A stretch of DNA of 63,503 nt, counting the filler, from Choristocarpus tenellus KU-1152 (Eukaryota > Protista > Phaeophyceae): NCBI GenBank assembly GCA_964200185.2. It is 13 parts of 13 records of this genome, joined end to end, with 100 filler letters (N's around TTAATTAATTAA, not from the genome) between each part and the next. Parts side by side here need not be neighbours in the genome. Positions count along the whole stretch, not along the records: positions 1 to 15,502 come from CAXNAD020000986.1; positions 15,603 to 20,242 come from CAXNAD020013675.1; positions 20,343 to 25,037 come from CAXNAD020013434.1; positions 25,138 to 27,806 come from CAXNAD020025792.1; 9 more parts are not named here. One strand, written 5' to 3'. The number at the start of each line of letters is the position of its first letter. Position 1 is the first letter of the stretch. The translations under genes were made by a program, and so were the position numbers. This document shows positions 14,610-26,599 of this stretch, one piece after another. The notes beneath the pieces were generated by a model. It saw only the letters and a list, made by a program, of their open reading frames with translations. It ran no database searches and was not told where the DNA came from.

Positions 14610-15480
14610 CTGATCGTAAACCTGCTGTTATATAGGTATTCGATCTAAAATAGTCAGGGCGATTGATCAAATATTGCTTTGATATGTTACAGCACTTGGC
14701 TATGATGGGGATAATTACAGGAAATAAGATGTATTACTTTTGGATATCAAAGCCATAACGAGTGAAGTTTCAAGATGTAATAGATTGCATAACATGTCCG
14801 GGACTATAGTGGATGCTCGTGCAAATGTTGTGTATACATCTGGTTCAGCTGGAATTCCAAAGGAAGAAGTTGCTATTTATCGTTCTGAAATGGTTTTATT
14901 CATTGGTTGTGTGATGAGCATAGACTTTTACCTAGTAATGCTATTTCAAGTCATGCTCCTTTATATTTTGACTTACCATATTTTTTGATATTTTAATCGC
15001 CGTTAAAGCTGGAGTAGTAGCATTAATTTCTAGTGATGCTTACCTATTTCCATATATTATAACTTCTGAAATTGTTAGAAAAAAATGTTTTCACATATGA
15101 TAATAAAAAATTGTTCTGTATGGTAAGTTAAGAGATGTTAAGCCTTTCTAACTTAAGATTGGTTTTATTTGCAGGGAATTTTGCCCATACAATACTTGCA
15201 TGAGTTGACAAAGTAAATGCCTCATGCCACCATATATAATTTGTATGGTACAACTGAGACTGATGTACGTAGTTATCACATGATTATATTTATTTATCCC
15301 GATGATGTTATACCTATTTGGAAGTCTTGCCCATATATATGTAGACATATTCTTTAAGAAAATAAAGCAGCATATGTTTATGAAGGTAGTATCAAATTTA
15401 AAAACTTCAGTTTCCAGTATAGCCAAAGTGGTGCAGGTCTGGTTATTGGAGGAATATGGAGGATACGAAGAAAAAAAAAA
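14610..15480 (+). pseudogene. Frameshifted relic of a bacterial-type amino-acid adenylation domain (NRPS A-domain/DltA-like, AMP-binding superfamily)
   Basis: Collinear core motifs in shifting frames: YTSGSAGIPK (14833-14862), SHAPLYFDL (14949-14975), LRLVLFAG (15153-15176), MPHATIYNLYGTTETDV (15217-15267), IPIWKSCPY (~15310), GYWRNMEDTKKK (15441-15476). Intronless and AT-rich. Confidence 0.8.
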
Positions 15481-15481
15481 A

Positions 15482-15502
15482 GGCTCAAACGTATCTGGGG
15501 GG
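15482..15502. mobile_element. MITE terminus at contig end
   Basis: ggctcaaacgtatctgggggg matches the MITE-A TIR. Confidence 0.7.
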
Positions 15503-15602
15503 NNNNNNNNNNNNNNNNNNNNNNNNNNNNNNNNNNNNNNNNNNNNTTAATTAATTAANNNNNNNNNNNNNNNNNNNNNNNNNNNNNNNNNNNNNNNNNN
15601 NN
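15503..15602. other. Artificial contig linker N44-TTAATTAATTAA-N44 (12 copies in the window)
   Basis: Identical spacer with stops in all six frames, also at 20243, 25038, 27807, 31372, 34066, 40883, 44250, 47418, 51807, 55353 and 58700. Confidence 0.97.
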
Positions 15603-18511
15603 GGTCTGTTGGATTCTTGGGATGCTTCCCTATTCCCCCCCAGCCGGGGCACAGGAGTAGGTAGATGGGAAGCTAAGGAAGATAGTAGTACAATATTTGA
15701 TAATGATGGAGTAGCTGATTAGTGGTTTCCACACTTAAAATGTTTTAAACTGTTCTTACGTTTAGGATATTTTATTTCTTTATGGCTGATAACAACATAT
15801 ATATATACATGTAGTTTTCATTGGTTTCCCCCCTGACACATCTGCAAAATGTCAGAGGACATAATAATAAAATAGTTCATGTTCTACCTCTTATCCTCAT
15901 TATATACCAAAATAGATTACTATCAGTAACTCATAGCAATTGTCTCATTGTCATTCGTTGCACTACTACAAACCATGTTCATGCTGTCATCACCATCATG
16001 CTCATTCTTCTTGAAGGACTACCAGTTTTTTTTCCAGAGTACTTGCAGCCCTGATCGGTTGTATCCATTCACTAATTTGTTAGTTGCGATGGCACCCTCT
16101 CATTACCACCATTACCACAAAACATTATTTAGTGACCACACAGATGTACATGTGTGGGAGAGGGAGTGGTGGAGGCAACAATCCACACATGCATTATTTG
16201 CACACAAATTTCGCAGTAGTACTTATGTAGTGGAGCATATTCTCCTGTCCAATGTCAAAAACGTCATTCAAGGGACGCACACATGTACAACAAAACGCCA
16301 GATTAAGCCTCATTATGCTGGACTCCTAAACAGGAAGAAATCTCAGTAGAAAAACAGAATGGCTGTTTTTTTCCAACTCACAGAATGAAATGCCAAACAT
16401 ATTTCAATATCAATTTTTGAAAAATCCCTTTTTTTCTCGTCTAAAATATATATAGTTCATTCTGATTTGAATAAAAGGTGTCAGTCATCCTTGGAAAAAA
16501 CTTTTCCCACCACCTACTAATAATAGGTTACGTCCAACAAACCCACTTAAGCACAGTCAACAAGCTTCACTCTGCCTCAGTTGCAGCAAAAATGTGCCAC
16601 GACAACACCACAGTAGTCAAACATACCAAACCATTTAGTGCTGTGGTCTGCATGCACCATTTGTACTAAATATCAATCATCAGTCTGCACCAAGTACAAT
16701 TAGTTCGTCAACATACGACAACTGACCCTGATCCCGAAAACCCCTTCAACTTGTGTACTCCGGTCTTTACAGGCTTTGTACTACCTTGTTGCCCCAATGG
16801 AAGTAGAATATTGCAAGTGTCTAGAATATCATCTTGCTTTCTTCATCTTCCGAGACATTTGGCCTTACTCTCTTTCATCCCTATGGGCCCAATCCTTGAT
16901 GCCATACCGCCAGCAGGGTATTCTAGACAGTTGTACAAACAAAGACATGTTCAAAAACTAAAACAAAAACGAAACGAAAAGGCTGAGGCACAATCGCCAG
17001 TCAGACCTCAAAAATGTATTCGTTCATTCATTGCTTAACATTGTCCAATCACATGACAATATGTTCAAGATGACCATCAGCAACAAACTAACAGGTCGAT
17101 TCAACAATGCTATAGCGAGGCCTGGTATTGAGTCCCACTACCAAGTATGATAGCAGGCAAACAAAACTACATACGCAACAGCAAGCAAGTCAGCATCTAT
17201 TGTGCACTAATCAATGTTCCATCCTCCCTACTGTGAATGCAGTACTGGTCAGCTGTGAGCAAACACGAGCGTTCACTAACTGTTTATTGCTCAGCATATG
17301 TTGCCTCGCTGTAATACAAATACCACAAAAGATGTCACCCATACTAGCATGCCTTTCCAAACTCCCCGTCTTTTCTACCTCATCCCTCACTATCTATGGC
17401 ATGCTAGCGATGTTAGCGACAAAGTTGTTCTTGGGTGGCTCCAGAAGCGGCTGAATCTTGATGCTTTATGTTCCTCTTCCCACCTCCGCCAGTCCTCACA
17501 GTCTTAACCCAACTCTTCCTATGACCCCCTTCAGAAATGTGGATTTGGCATTGAATCATGATGCTAGGAGGCTGAGAGCTGGTGAATGGTTGGTTCTGAT
17601 GTGGGTATAGTCTACCTTCCACTATGACTGACAGGAGATCAAACATATCCACATGAACACCTATGTCAAACCACCTGCTCTAACCGCCTTCCTTCATCAA
17701 GAGTATTGCCCTAATGAAAAACAGCCGAGGAAACACACACAAAGGCAGAGAGCAATCCACAGATTTAGTATGCTGTAGTATCATGATAATAGCCTTGGGT
17801 GTACAGGCCACTACACCCCAGGGTCGAAACTACGCTAAATAGTATGCATCTTCAGTGTCACCTAGGGGTGGGAGGAGGGCAGGCTTGGGGCAATTTCAAC
17901 AGGCCAGCATCCGAGTGTATGGTGACAATAGGAAATATTGCAGAGAAATGGAAACATTTGTGTATCCTGATTCTTGACACCAGTGTTAAATCCTGGTCAA
18001 CAATTGCCAGAGAAACACCAATAAACCAATCGCAAAACTACTCTTGTACACGATAGGCTATTTCTATAGACTTGACCAAAATTGGCGTAAATAAACAAAC
18101 TAAATCCAGTTGGAAAAACTAAAACTAGTAATATTATTAGGGAAAAGGTGGCGGTGTGCGTAGAAGGGAACCTGTTGACAGTTCTACCTGCAGTCAGAAG
18201 AAAACAAACCCATATAACAAGAGAAGCACAAGCATTTACCGATTTTCCAGTTCCATAATCACATATAATGAGCTTTTTTCAGATCAGGTTAAATGAACCA
18301 CATGTCGTCAGCAATTGAACTAGCTGGGGCAGCATATATTTTTTTTGTATCCCAAAGGTCAAGTGTGTTAAGAATATTAAGAAAGGGAATACAAAATATG
18401 AAATCAGTATTCTGCATATAGCAACAGTTGCTGCAGCTCATATTTTAACCTGCTCTACTTCGCCTTGCAATCACCTAAATTCTTGAAGTGTCTTTTGTAG
18501 ACCTAGCCGTT

Positions 18512-20011
18512 TCACTTGACATTCTTCTTCACAGCGAGGACTTTGCCAATGGCAATGGTCTTCCCCTCAGTCCGGAGGGTGAACCGTCCAAGTTGCGGCA
18601 TCTCATCAAAGGGTTCAACACACATTGATCGCTCAACCTGCATAGGAGAAGGAGCAACACATAACAGAGGAGAATCTAGTCTTTTCAACCTTTGACTAGT
18701 AAGTAAGTTTGTACTGTCCCACCTATCCTTAAAAATGGCAGGCTATCCCCACCAACACAACCCTTCATTTCGTACCTAATGTTGAAGAAAGTCTCAGACA
18801 CCTTAACTAAGCCCAAAAAACAGAGGTGCTCATAGGCGTTCACAACTACTGGGCTGACCTGAAGCTTTGCTGTCACCACAGATCCCTCCTTGGCAAACCT
18901 CTGCTTCTTCTTGGTGTTGGTCTTTTTGTCCGTCACACTAATGATCTCAACGACAGTGCACTCCTCCTCACTAGTGTGGCAGTGGCACATTGCATCGTAC
19001 CCTGCTGTAAATATAGGTCTCTGTGAGAAGGCAATCACGCACAAAGCAATATGGACAGGGCAGGTAAGCAGGTAGAGGGGGAAAGTAAGAGTCAATCAAG
19101 CGCAGTGCAAAGGACATGTGGAAAAAGAGCAACCAAGGGGGAGATTCCTCTTACAGTCAATGCCTACAGGATAAAGAGCATGTTTGGCAGCTAACCCTAT
19201 CCCTAACCCTAACCCTGACAATGGTATTCCGTACTAGTAGCAGTATCACCTAAAATTTTGGTGATGGTGCCCCTTCTGTCCTAGTAAGATGCAAATAGTG
19301 TAATGTCGTACCACATCTATTAAACACAAGCCCTGGGTCAAGATAAGCCACTCCTTGTCCTCTACACCCCCAAGCATTTAGTGAAATGGCAGTATTCAAA
19401 ATATGCAAATTCCATTGTGACATAATTCTGGGATACTTTGGGGAAATCACTTTAATCATACAAATTCAATCTCCAACCCCAATGAACTCCTCTCTATATC
19501 GTCCAACATCTCCAACAAGTTAGAAACTTTATGGTACTTCACAATGCCCCCTTAACACTAACAAATCACTGAACAACATATGCAAAACCCTCTCCACTGA
19601 AGCCGATTTGATCTCAAATACAAAGGGCAAAGTCTCGATATGATCAATTATATATTGGCTACTAGTATTCTAGAACAGCTTTGAGGGTTGAGGTGTAGAG
19701 GAGGCTACAGGGTAAAGGAAAAATATCCCCAAGCTTAAACCTCACACCAAGGTTCTACCATTGGTACTAGAGTATTTCCAACCATACCCTAACCCTAGCC
19801 CTGAACCTTCATTGAAATTGAATGGCATCAACACACAATATCCTGACAATTCACCTGCTCTGTCAGCTCTACCAGCGCAATCTGTGCAACAAACTGGGTG
19901 GCAGCATGGCAAGGAGACACTGGAGAGCAGAGGACAAACCCCTTTGTCAAGTCACTGTCACTGCAACCAATCTTGACTAACACGTTTTCACCAGGCTTTG
20001 CACTTCGAACA
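18512..20011 (-). CDS. ERF3: Eukaryotic peptide chain release factor 3 (eRF3/SUP35/GSPT), last three exons
   Basis: Exons 19855-20011 (VRSAKPGENVLVK..TKGFVLCS..F.AQI), 18859-19020 (RPIFTAGYDAMCHCHTSEEEC..) and 18512-18637 (..FDEMPQLGRFTLRTEGKTIAIGKV..*). This is the eRF3 domain II/III signature. Confidence 0.92.
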
Positions 20012-20179
20012 CTGATGTCACCACAACGCCATCCCATTGGTCATTAACACAATGCCAGTGTCGGTATCCATGATCACATCATCACATGGTCGTAAGTGAC
20101 AAGGGCAGGTGAGGTGTAGAAGGTAGTGTTAGCATACAAAAAAAGACGAGATTCACAACAAAAAAGAAAAATAGATCCA

Positions 20180-20242
20180 GGTTCAAAGTATCTGGGGGGG
20201 GGGGGGAGGGTGAAGTATTGACGGGTGGGTGTTTTCTGCCAA
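20180..20242. mobile_element. MITE terminus at contig end
   Basis: ggttcaaagtatct followed by polyG. Confidence 0.7.
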
Positions 20243-20342
20243 NNNNNNNNNNNNNNNNNNNNNNNNNNNNNNNNNNNNNNNNNNNNTTAATTAATTAANN
20301 NNNNNNNNNNNNNNNNNNNNNNNNNNNNNNNNNNNNNNNNNN

Positions 20343-20404
20343 AGTTGTTAGACCGAAACGGACGTCCCCTCACAAACCACCCCCCCCCCCAGATACTTTG
20401 ACCC
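20343..20404. mobile_element. MITE terminus at contig start
   Basis: polyC followed by agatactttgaccc. Confidence 0.7.
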
Positions 20405-23400
20405 GCTGTGTTTTGCTGCTTGAGGGTGTAAGGTGTAGACACGCTGAGGATGCCATAGAGTACAAGGAACGGGGTGAGGGCAGGAGCGTACATCAACTCC
20501 AACTTTGACAAGGTGATGTGTGGTTTAGTACAGTGGTTGACAAAATGTCCATTCATCATCATGCGTCCCTGTTGATTAACAAAACTTCTGGGTCGGAGAT
20601 GGTAAGAACTGGACTTGTTTGCTGCGATGGTATTACTGCCTTGCATCACCGTGCCTCTACCAGTGTGTTTGGTACAGGGTACACTGCTTGTCAGGTTTCA
20701 AATACCAATAATGTGACACTGTTCCAGTACATACAGCAATACGTACCAACGGATCATCACGAGGGCGTGCCGCACTGCAAGCGCGACTCTGGTATTCAGG
20801 GACACTTGGGCACCCTTCCTACGTGGGGGGGTCAACGGGGGGGTTTCCATGCCGATGTTCTGACCCTCGACGTGCCCAGTTCTGGGCTCAAAATCACCCC
20901 AAAGGACCCCTATTTTGACGGCTAGAAGCACCAGGAGTTTGTACCTGATGATTCTCGGCCCCCACCTTTTTTGAAGCTGAGATTGTCAACCCGATTTCAT
21001 TCTGTGGGGTTATCGTCCGATTCGGCGCCGTTCTCGCTCGGCAAGCCCAGATGTTTCGTGGCACAAACTTATAGCACAGAGGTAATAACTACTAAATGAT
21101 GACGATGGTGCAGTAGGCTGCTGCTGGTATCTTCTTTGAGTCGGATAGTTAGGTGCTCACACATGCCTAAGGTGCTCAAATCGAAGGAGACATCCTGAGC
21201 GTGTAACAATAACACATTTCTTCTTATTCCTCATCATTTTGCAATTGACTGCTGGTACTACCCCAACGTATCATATATCTCTGATACTTTTTCTTTCCTT
21301 GTCACCCTACTTTCCATCATGAATGTTCAAAAAAATGTTACTGCTAAATCGCATCATATATTTTTTTTAATCAAAACTACCTCCACCAAGGGTATGTGGT
21401 GAAAGTGGGGTTGCATGCAGGCATGCGTATGTTGACTGGGCTCTTTCTTTGTAGCAGGAAGGAGTCCGAGTGTGTGCTATCTGGGGGGTGATTTTGTCCC
21501 TTTTGAGTGTGAGGGCTTGCTTCTAAAATATCTTGCGTGGAGTCTTCATTTTCACCCGTCCTCGAGATGCATTCAGCCCCCATCTGGAGGCTGTGACTGA
21601 AAAAGAGGAGACAAACTTCTGTCTGCTTGGAGGGGGACATATTCACGTACCAGGAGGCAGTCAATGACAGGGTTCCCTTAAACTCAAGGACATACCCCTT
21701 TAGAATACTATGGCTCAGAAAACTCTGCAACTATCGTATGCAAACTACTACTACTTGCTCCGTAGCAACAATAGTAACAGTCAAGGGCACATTCATTCAC
21801 ATTAAAAATATTGCTTGTGAACACTTCAGAAGTAATGAAATTTGTCAATAACGGTCAGATCGTTTTGGCCTTCTGTTGCCACAAAACGGTCGGATTGGAA
21901 AAATAGGAGGGTGACTCACACACACTACATGCATAGTAGAGGAAAGGTGGCTCAGAAAACAGGAAGGGGGCATGGCACTCGTCAAATTTCAAAGTTTGAA
22001 AAAGTCAAAACGCACACAAATCCGATGATAACATGCAATGGGCTGACTGCTCCTCTGCTCTCTCTGTGTTGAAACCTTAGAAAACGATGTTGTTGGGGTG
22101 TGAAAACATATCAAGTGACAATAACTGTGATTAAAGTTGAAGAGATTTTTTTATGGTGACGTCATAATTAAATATTCCATTTAATTATTGCATACTGCTT
22201 TGAGGTAAAGGTAGCTGTCATCATAATTGGGCCTGCAGCTAATTCAAGACTGCTCTGAAAGGCACGAGGCTATTCTTGTTTTCTTCTGGCCCTGTGTAAC
22301 ACTGAGAATATATGCTTCTATCAATTTGTTTCATTTATGGTAGTAGTTGTTTCATCACCAATTTCTTGCTGGTGTGGCGTTTCGCCAGCTGTGCTATTCT
22401 ACTACCTCACACCTCCTCCTAGCAAAGTCAAAACGAGCATCATCAGCAAGAACCCTTGCATTTGCTGAGTAATGGGGGAAGTGTCGCAACCAACATCCAT
22501 GCCTACCGCACAGTTTGTCACATGGAAGCGGCCCTCATCCGCACAATTGCTTCACTAATGCACTGAGGGTTATATGTATTCCACCCACCGTGCCTCTGTG
22601 GGGGATTCTGCTGTTGGGGTCAACCTGGCAGCGATAGGAGAGAGGTGTTGTGATACAATTCTCGGTTGGTGTTGACTCATACAGGCTTAGTGGTGATGTA
22701 CCTCACCCGGAGTACTCCACTGGGGATGTAAGACTGATGGCCTAGCAATTAATTATTCCATTATAATAAATTCTTCCTATTTTTTCGCCGAGACCTAGCC
22801 TACTTGTGCGGGTCAAATTCTCGGCCAAAGAATCCAAGGGAGGACGGAGAAGGAGCATGCAATCTTGAGGGGGGCAGGATTTTCAGGCAGTAGTATCCAA
22901 TGCAGTGATGCAGAGGTTGGCAGGTGAGGTGTATCTATGGTACGACTGCAATGACAGGAGTCTTTCCTTCTAGGGACCATAATGTCGAGTCTAGATTACA
23001 GAGTGCCTCACATCCGCTTCAACAACAGAAGTCTTCTGTGTTTGCAGGTAGAATGAGGTACACACTGAACGAAGTCTTAAAAAAAAAGTGTTTCTCAAGG
23101 ACAGTAGGTCATGCTGTCCGATGAGATTAGCTAAAACCTGCACAACAGAAAAGAGGTCTAGATATGGGATGAATGGTGCAACTTCGTTGTGTGACACATG
23201 CATACGCATGTTGCTTTTTTTTCTTTCCAGGTTTGGTATTTTGTTGCCAAGGCTATTCGACTGAAATGGTCTCACAATCTTTGGTTATTTTCAAGTTCAA
23301 AGAGGAAAGAGTGTTCGTACTACGCCCACTTCTCACAGCTGTATGCAGTGCAAGCTGACCATGCTGGAGATGTGTGGGTGGTCTCACACATAAGGAAAAA

Positions 23401-23669
23401 ACCGCAACAAGTTGGATAGCTCTATCCAGTTCATGACAATTTGCGGCTAGGTGTGTCAGCCAATCAGAGACGCTCATTCCACAACTCAAAATAATTTCTT
23501 GACAAATTTCCATGCATCACTCATCACAAAAGGACGCATGTTTTGAGACCTTGACAGTAGTTTCACATAAACTCACTACCACACTGTTTCTTGGACTTCC
23601 TCTTTGTATCGATTGAAAGATTATTGCCACCAAGACTCATCTGCACAGTAGCTTCATTCAGACACCTCT

Positions 23670-25037
23670 ACAGGGAAAACACAACAACATAACACCCACT
23701 GTAAAAGAACCGAAGTTCATTCCCATTCTTCAAGACTCCCATCATCTCTTTCCGATGAGAATCCACGAAGCTTTCTCCATCTCCAGGTTCACCAGTGTTG
23801 TTACCATCACCTCTCCCCTTTCCGTTCCCGCTTTTCCTCTTGCTTCTGGTGGTTGATACAGAATGACTCGATTCTTGCCCAGTCACCCAAACCACCCCAG
23901 CGCGTTTAGGACAGTTGTAAGCCTCGTGCGCTCTCACTTCACCAACGTAATGAATACTCGCTTAAGACCCAGAATGCGAGAAAGCAACAGAAGGGCAAGG
24001 GGATTGAAACTGTGATCTCCCACACAGCCAACATTCCACACATCTTGGTTATCGATCATTTGCCACCCTGTAGTTTCATCTCTTGGACGAGCTCCACCCA
24101 TTCTCAGTGTTCTAGCATTGCTCTCTATCCGTCATTCTTGTTGACGTTTACGCATCTGACCCAAAGTATCTGGGGGGGGGTGGGGGTCTACACCAGGGAG
24201 TCCATTTTGGTCCATAAGAAGGAAAAGTGCACTTACATTATCCATCCGACGTATGAAACTAAATCACACAAAAATCACGACTTGAAAAAATTGGTTCAAA
24301 TGGACAGCCGCCACCCCCCCCAGATACTTTGAGCCATCTCTGATCATTCTCATAAGCTCTTTGAATATCAAGTCTAGCTGCATGCCCTCTTCCAGCAACC
24401 CATCTCATCTCAACAAAGTACTTCTCAGCAAGGTAATTGTGCATTGCACGTAATTGGGTATCCTCCCTAGACTCATTTTCAATCGACTTCATCTTCTCCA
24501 TCAGCTTGTCCAACTGTATAATATCAAGAGTTGCATCTTCCCTGACATCTAGATGAGAATTAACTTGGACCACGAAATGGCTCATTCCACAATCTCGCTG
24601 CTTGCAAAATAGTTTTTAAGTACCTCAAATGTATTGGACGAACTGTCATAATTCTCAGCAATCTGTTGTGCAAGTCCACCTAAACCCGTCACCAGGGCCC
24701 ATAAACATGCTGGCTTATGGGACTTCTCTCTTGGCCCATCTAGTTACATCAAACTTGACACAGCTCGCTCCTGTGTGGTCCTAGGTCAAAAGAACGTCCT
24801 TCCATCCACTCATATAAGAACACATTATGAAGTTTCCCTCGAAAATAGCATAGCCTTATGCCGTCATCAACGTTGTACGCCACGAACTTCACCAGGAGTG
24901 AGTCGTTGCAGGCCCTCTCCTGCAGTCCTTTCGCGTGCACGGTTCTACTAATCGCCTCCTTGTTTTCATCCTCAAACCCGGACTCAACTTCCACCGGAAA
25001 CAGCGGATCAAGATAATGGCGGATGGATCATTTCATG
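23670..25037 (-). pseudogene. Decayed intronless coding sequence of unknown family, interrupted by a MITE
   Basis: Protein-like ORF pieces 24749-24994, 24259-24585 and 23668-23937 in one orientation, separated by stops and frameshifts. Coding-like sequence with stops continues past the MITE at 24158-24335. Confidence 0.5.
24158..24335 (+). mobile_element. Complete MITE, subfamily A (178 bp)
   Basis: GACCCAAAGTATCT-polyG ... polyC-AGATACTTTGAGCC, flanked by a 4-bp duplication ATCT/ATCT. Subterminal inverted tccattt/aaatgga motifs. Confidence 0.92.
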
Positions 25038-25137
25038 NNNNNNNNNNNNNNNNNNNNNNNNNNNNNNNNNNNNNNNNNNNNTTAATTAATTAANNNNNNN
25101 NNNNNNNNNNNNNNNNNNNNNNNNNNNNNNNNNNNNN

Positions 25138-25715
25138 GATCCTCGGGCATACATCGACGACGTTGGGGACGTGTGACTTGCTCGATGTCACGCCTTGTCC
25201 GATCGATATTGATTCCGCCTTCTCTTTGTCACATCGTGGGTAGACGTGCCATACGAGGTGGGTGCCGCGATTATGCAGGATATGGATTACTTTAGAGGCC
25301 CAATCCTTATCCACAAAGTCAGGCAAAGTTATCTTCGTTGGTGGAGCCGCTGTACGTGGTTCAGCATCCTTAACAGCATTAGTCGATGCTGTCCATTCAG
25401 GTAGTAGAACATGTTGAGAGGGTCTTGAGGGTTCCGCGAATTCCCCAACTTGTCCTTCTCCACGAATCCACCGACGATGTGGTATTTGATAAGAGAACTG
25501 ATGGAGAGATCCCCTTTAAACCCATAGTTCACCATGTACTCCCTTATCTCGTCCACGGTCTTCCAGCGTGAGCACATGGCATAAGCCTGCGAAGTTAGGA
25601 CAGACCATATGTGCTGCCCTGCCTCCTTGTGATCCGTTGGGATATCGTTCAAGATGGACGCAAGTCTGCCCTCGTCAAGCAAACTTGCGTTGTAGTCTTG
25701 GGACAGAAATCCCAT
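25138..25715 (-). pseudogene. Intronless frameshifted ORF with an NGQHR motif (ParB/Srx- or DGQHR-like domain candidate)
   Basis: Starts at a perfect Kozak GCCACCATGG (ATG at 25715). FYYLNGQHRLMLLRML, then continues after a frameshift into 25138-25326 (..DKDWASKVIHILHNRGTHLVWHVYP..). Confidence 0.5.
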
Positions 25716-26188
25716 GGTGGCCAGGTAGGTGGTTTTGATTGCGCCTAGTCGAAGGCTACAAATTTATGCGGTCCTCTTTCTGGTCTCTTGAAAAGCAGGT
25801 TCGCTCGTAGTCCTTAATGTAATGTACGGTTTATGAAAACATGGCGTCAAACGAAAGAGGGTATGGGGAATGGTTTTCAGTAAAGTATGCAGCTGATATG
25901 TTTCGCATGGTCGTGTGTTAAGGACGATTAGGTAGGGACTAAGATGAAACAAGCGATCATACAGCTGTTTTGTGAACGAGCAGGCTATTGGGTGAAGAGT
26001 GATTTGCACCATTGAAGGAATGTCTGTATTGCATTGGACATGGAAACCGGATGGGTCTTAAGTTCAGGGGCTTTGCACTTCGTCGACATAATTTTGAAGG
26101 GCAGGATCTGAAAATTATAAGTAGTTCCGCCACGAAAATTAATAAATTTTCAGAATTCCTGAAATTTGTGCCTGGAGTTTTTTACTTC

Positions 26189-26599
26189 TCGCATGCCGTC
26201 GTTCGGTGCCATGCGAAAATAGGGTATAGTTGAGAAGTGATTCGCGATACATTCTTGTTTTTTGAATGAGTGTGGTTACATGACCATCCTTTCTTCGAAA
26301 AATATGAAATTGATACAACAAAAAGGTGCAAGCGACGTGATCAGAGAAATAGAAGTGGTTGGGAAAGAAAACCTGATTTATCAACTTTACGATGCAAGTC
26401 TCGCATGATTTCGTTCGGCGTCATGTGAAAATAGGGTATAGTCGAGAAGAGATTCGTGATACATTTTTAATCTGTTGAATGAGTGTGGTTACATGATTAT
26501 CCATTCTTCGAAAAAAAAAATGGATATAAAAAAAAGGTATGATGGACGTGATCAGATAAATAGAAATGGTTGGGGAAAGGGTATCTGACTGATCAACTT
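26189..26599 (+). repeat. Diverged tandem duplication, period 212 bp
   Basis: Both copies (26189, 26401) read tcgcatg..cgttcgg..catg.gaaaatagggtatagt.gagaag.gattcg.gatacatt..tgaatgagtgtggttacatga..ttcttcgaaaaa..gacgtgatcaga.aaatagaa.tggttggg..atcaactt. Confidence 0.9.

Noticed and set aside
20180-20404. Single MITE spanning the gap
   Set aside because: The flanks (atcca / gctg) share no TSD, so these are more likely two independent copies at contig ends.
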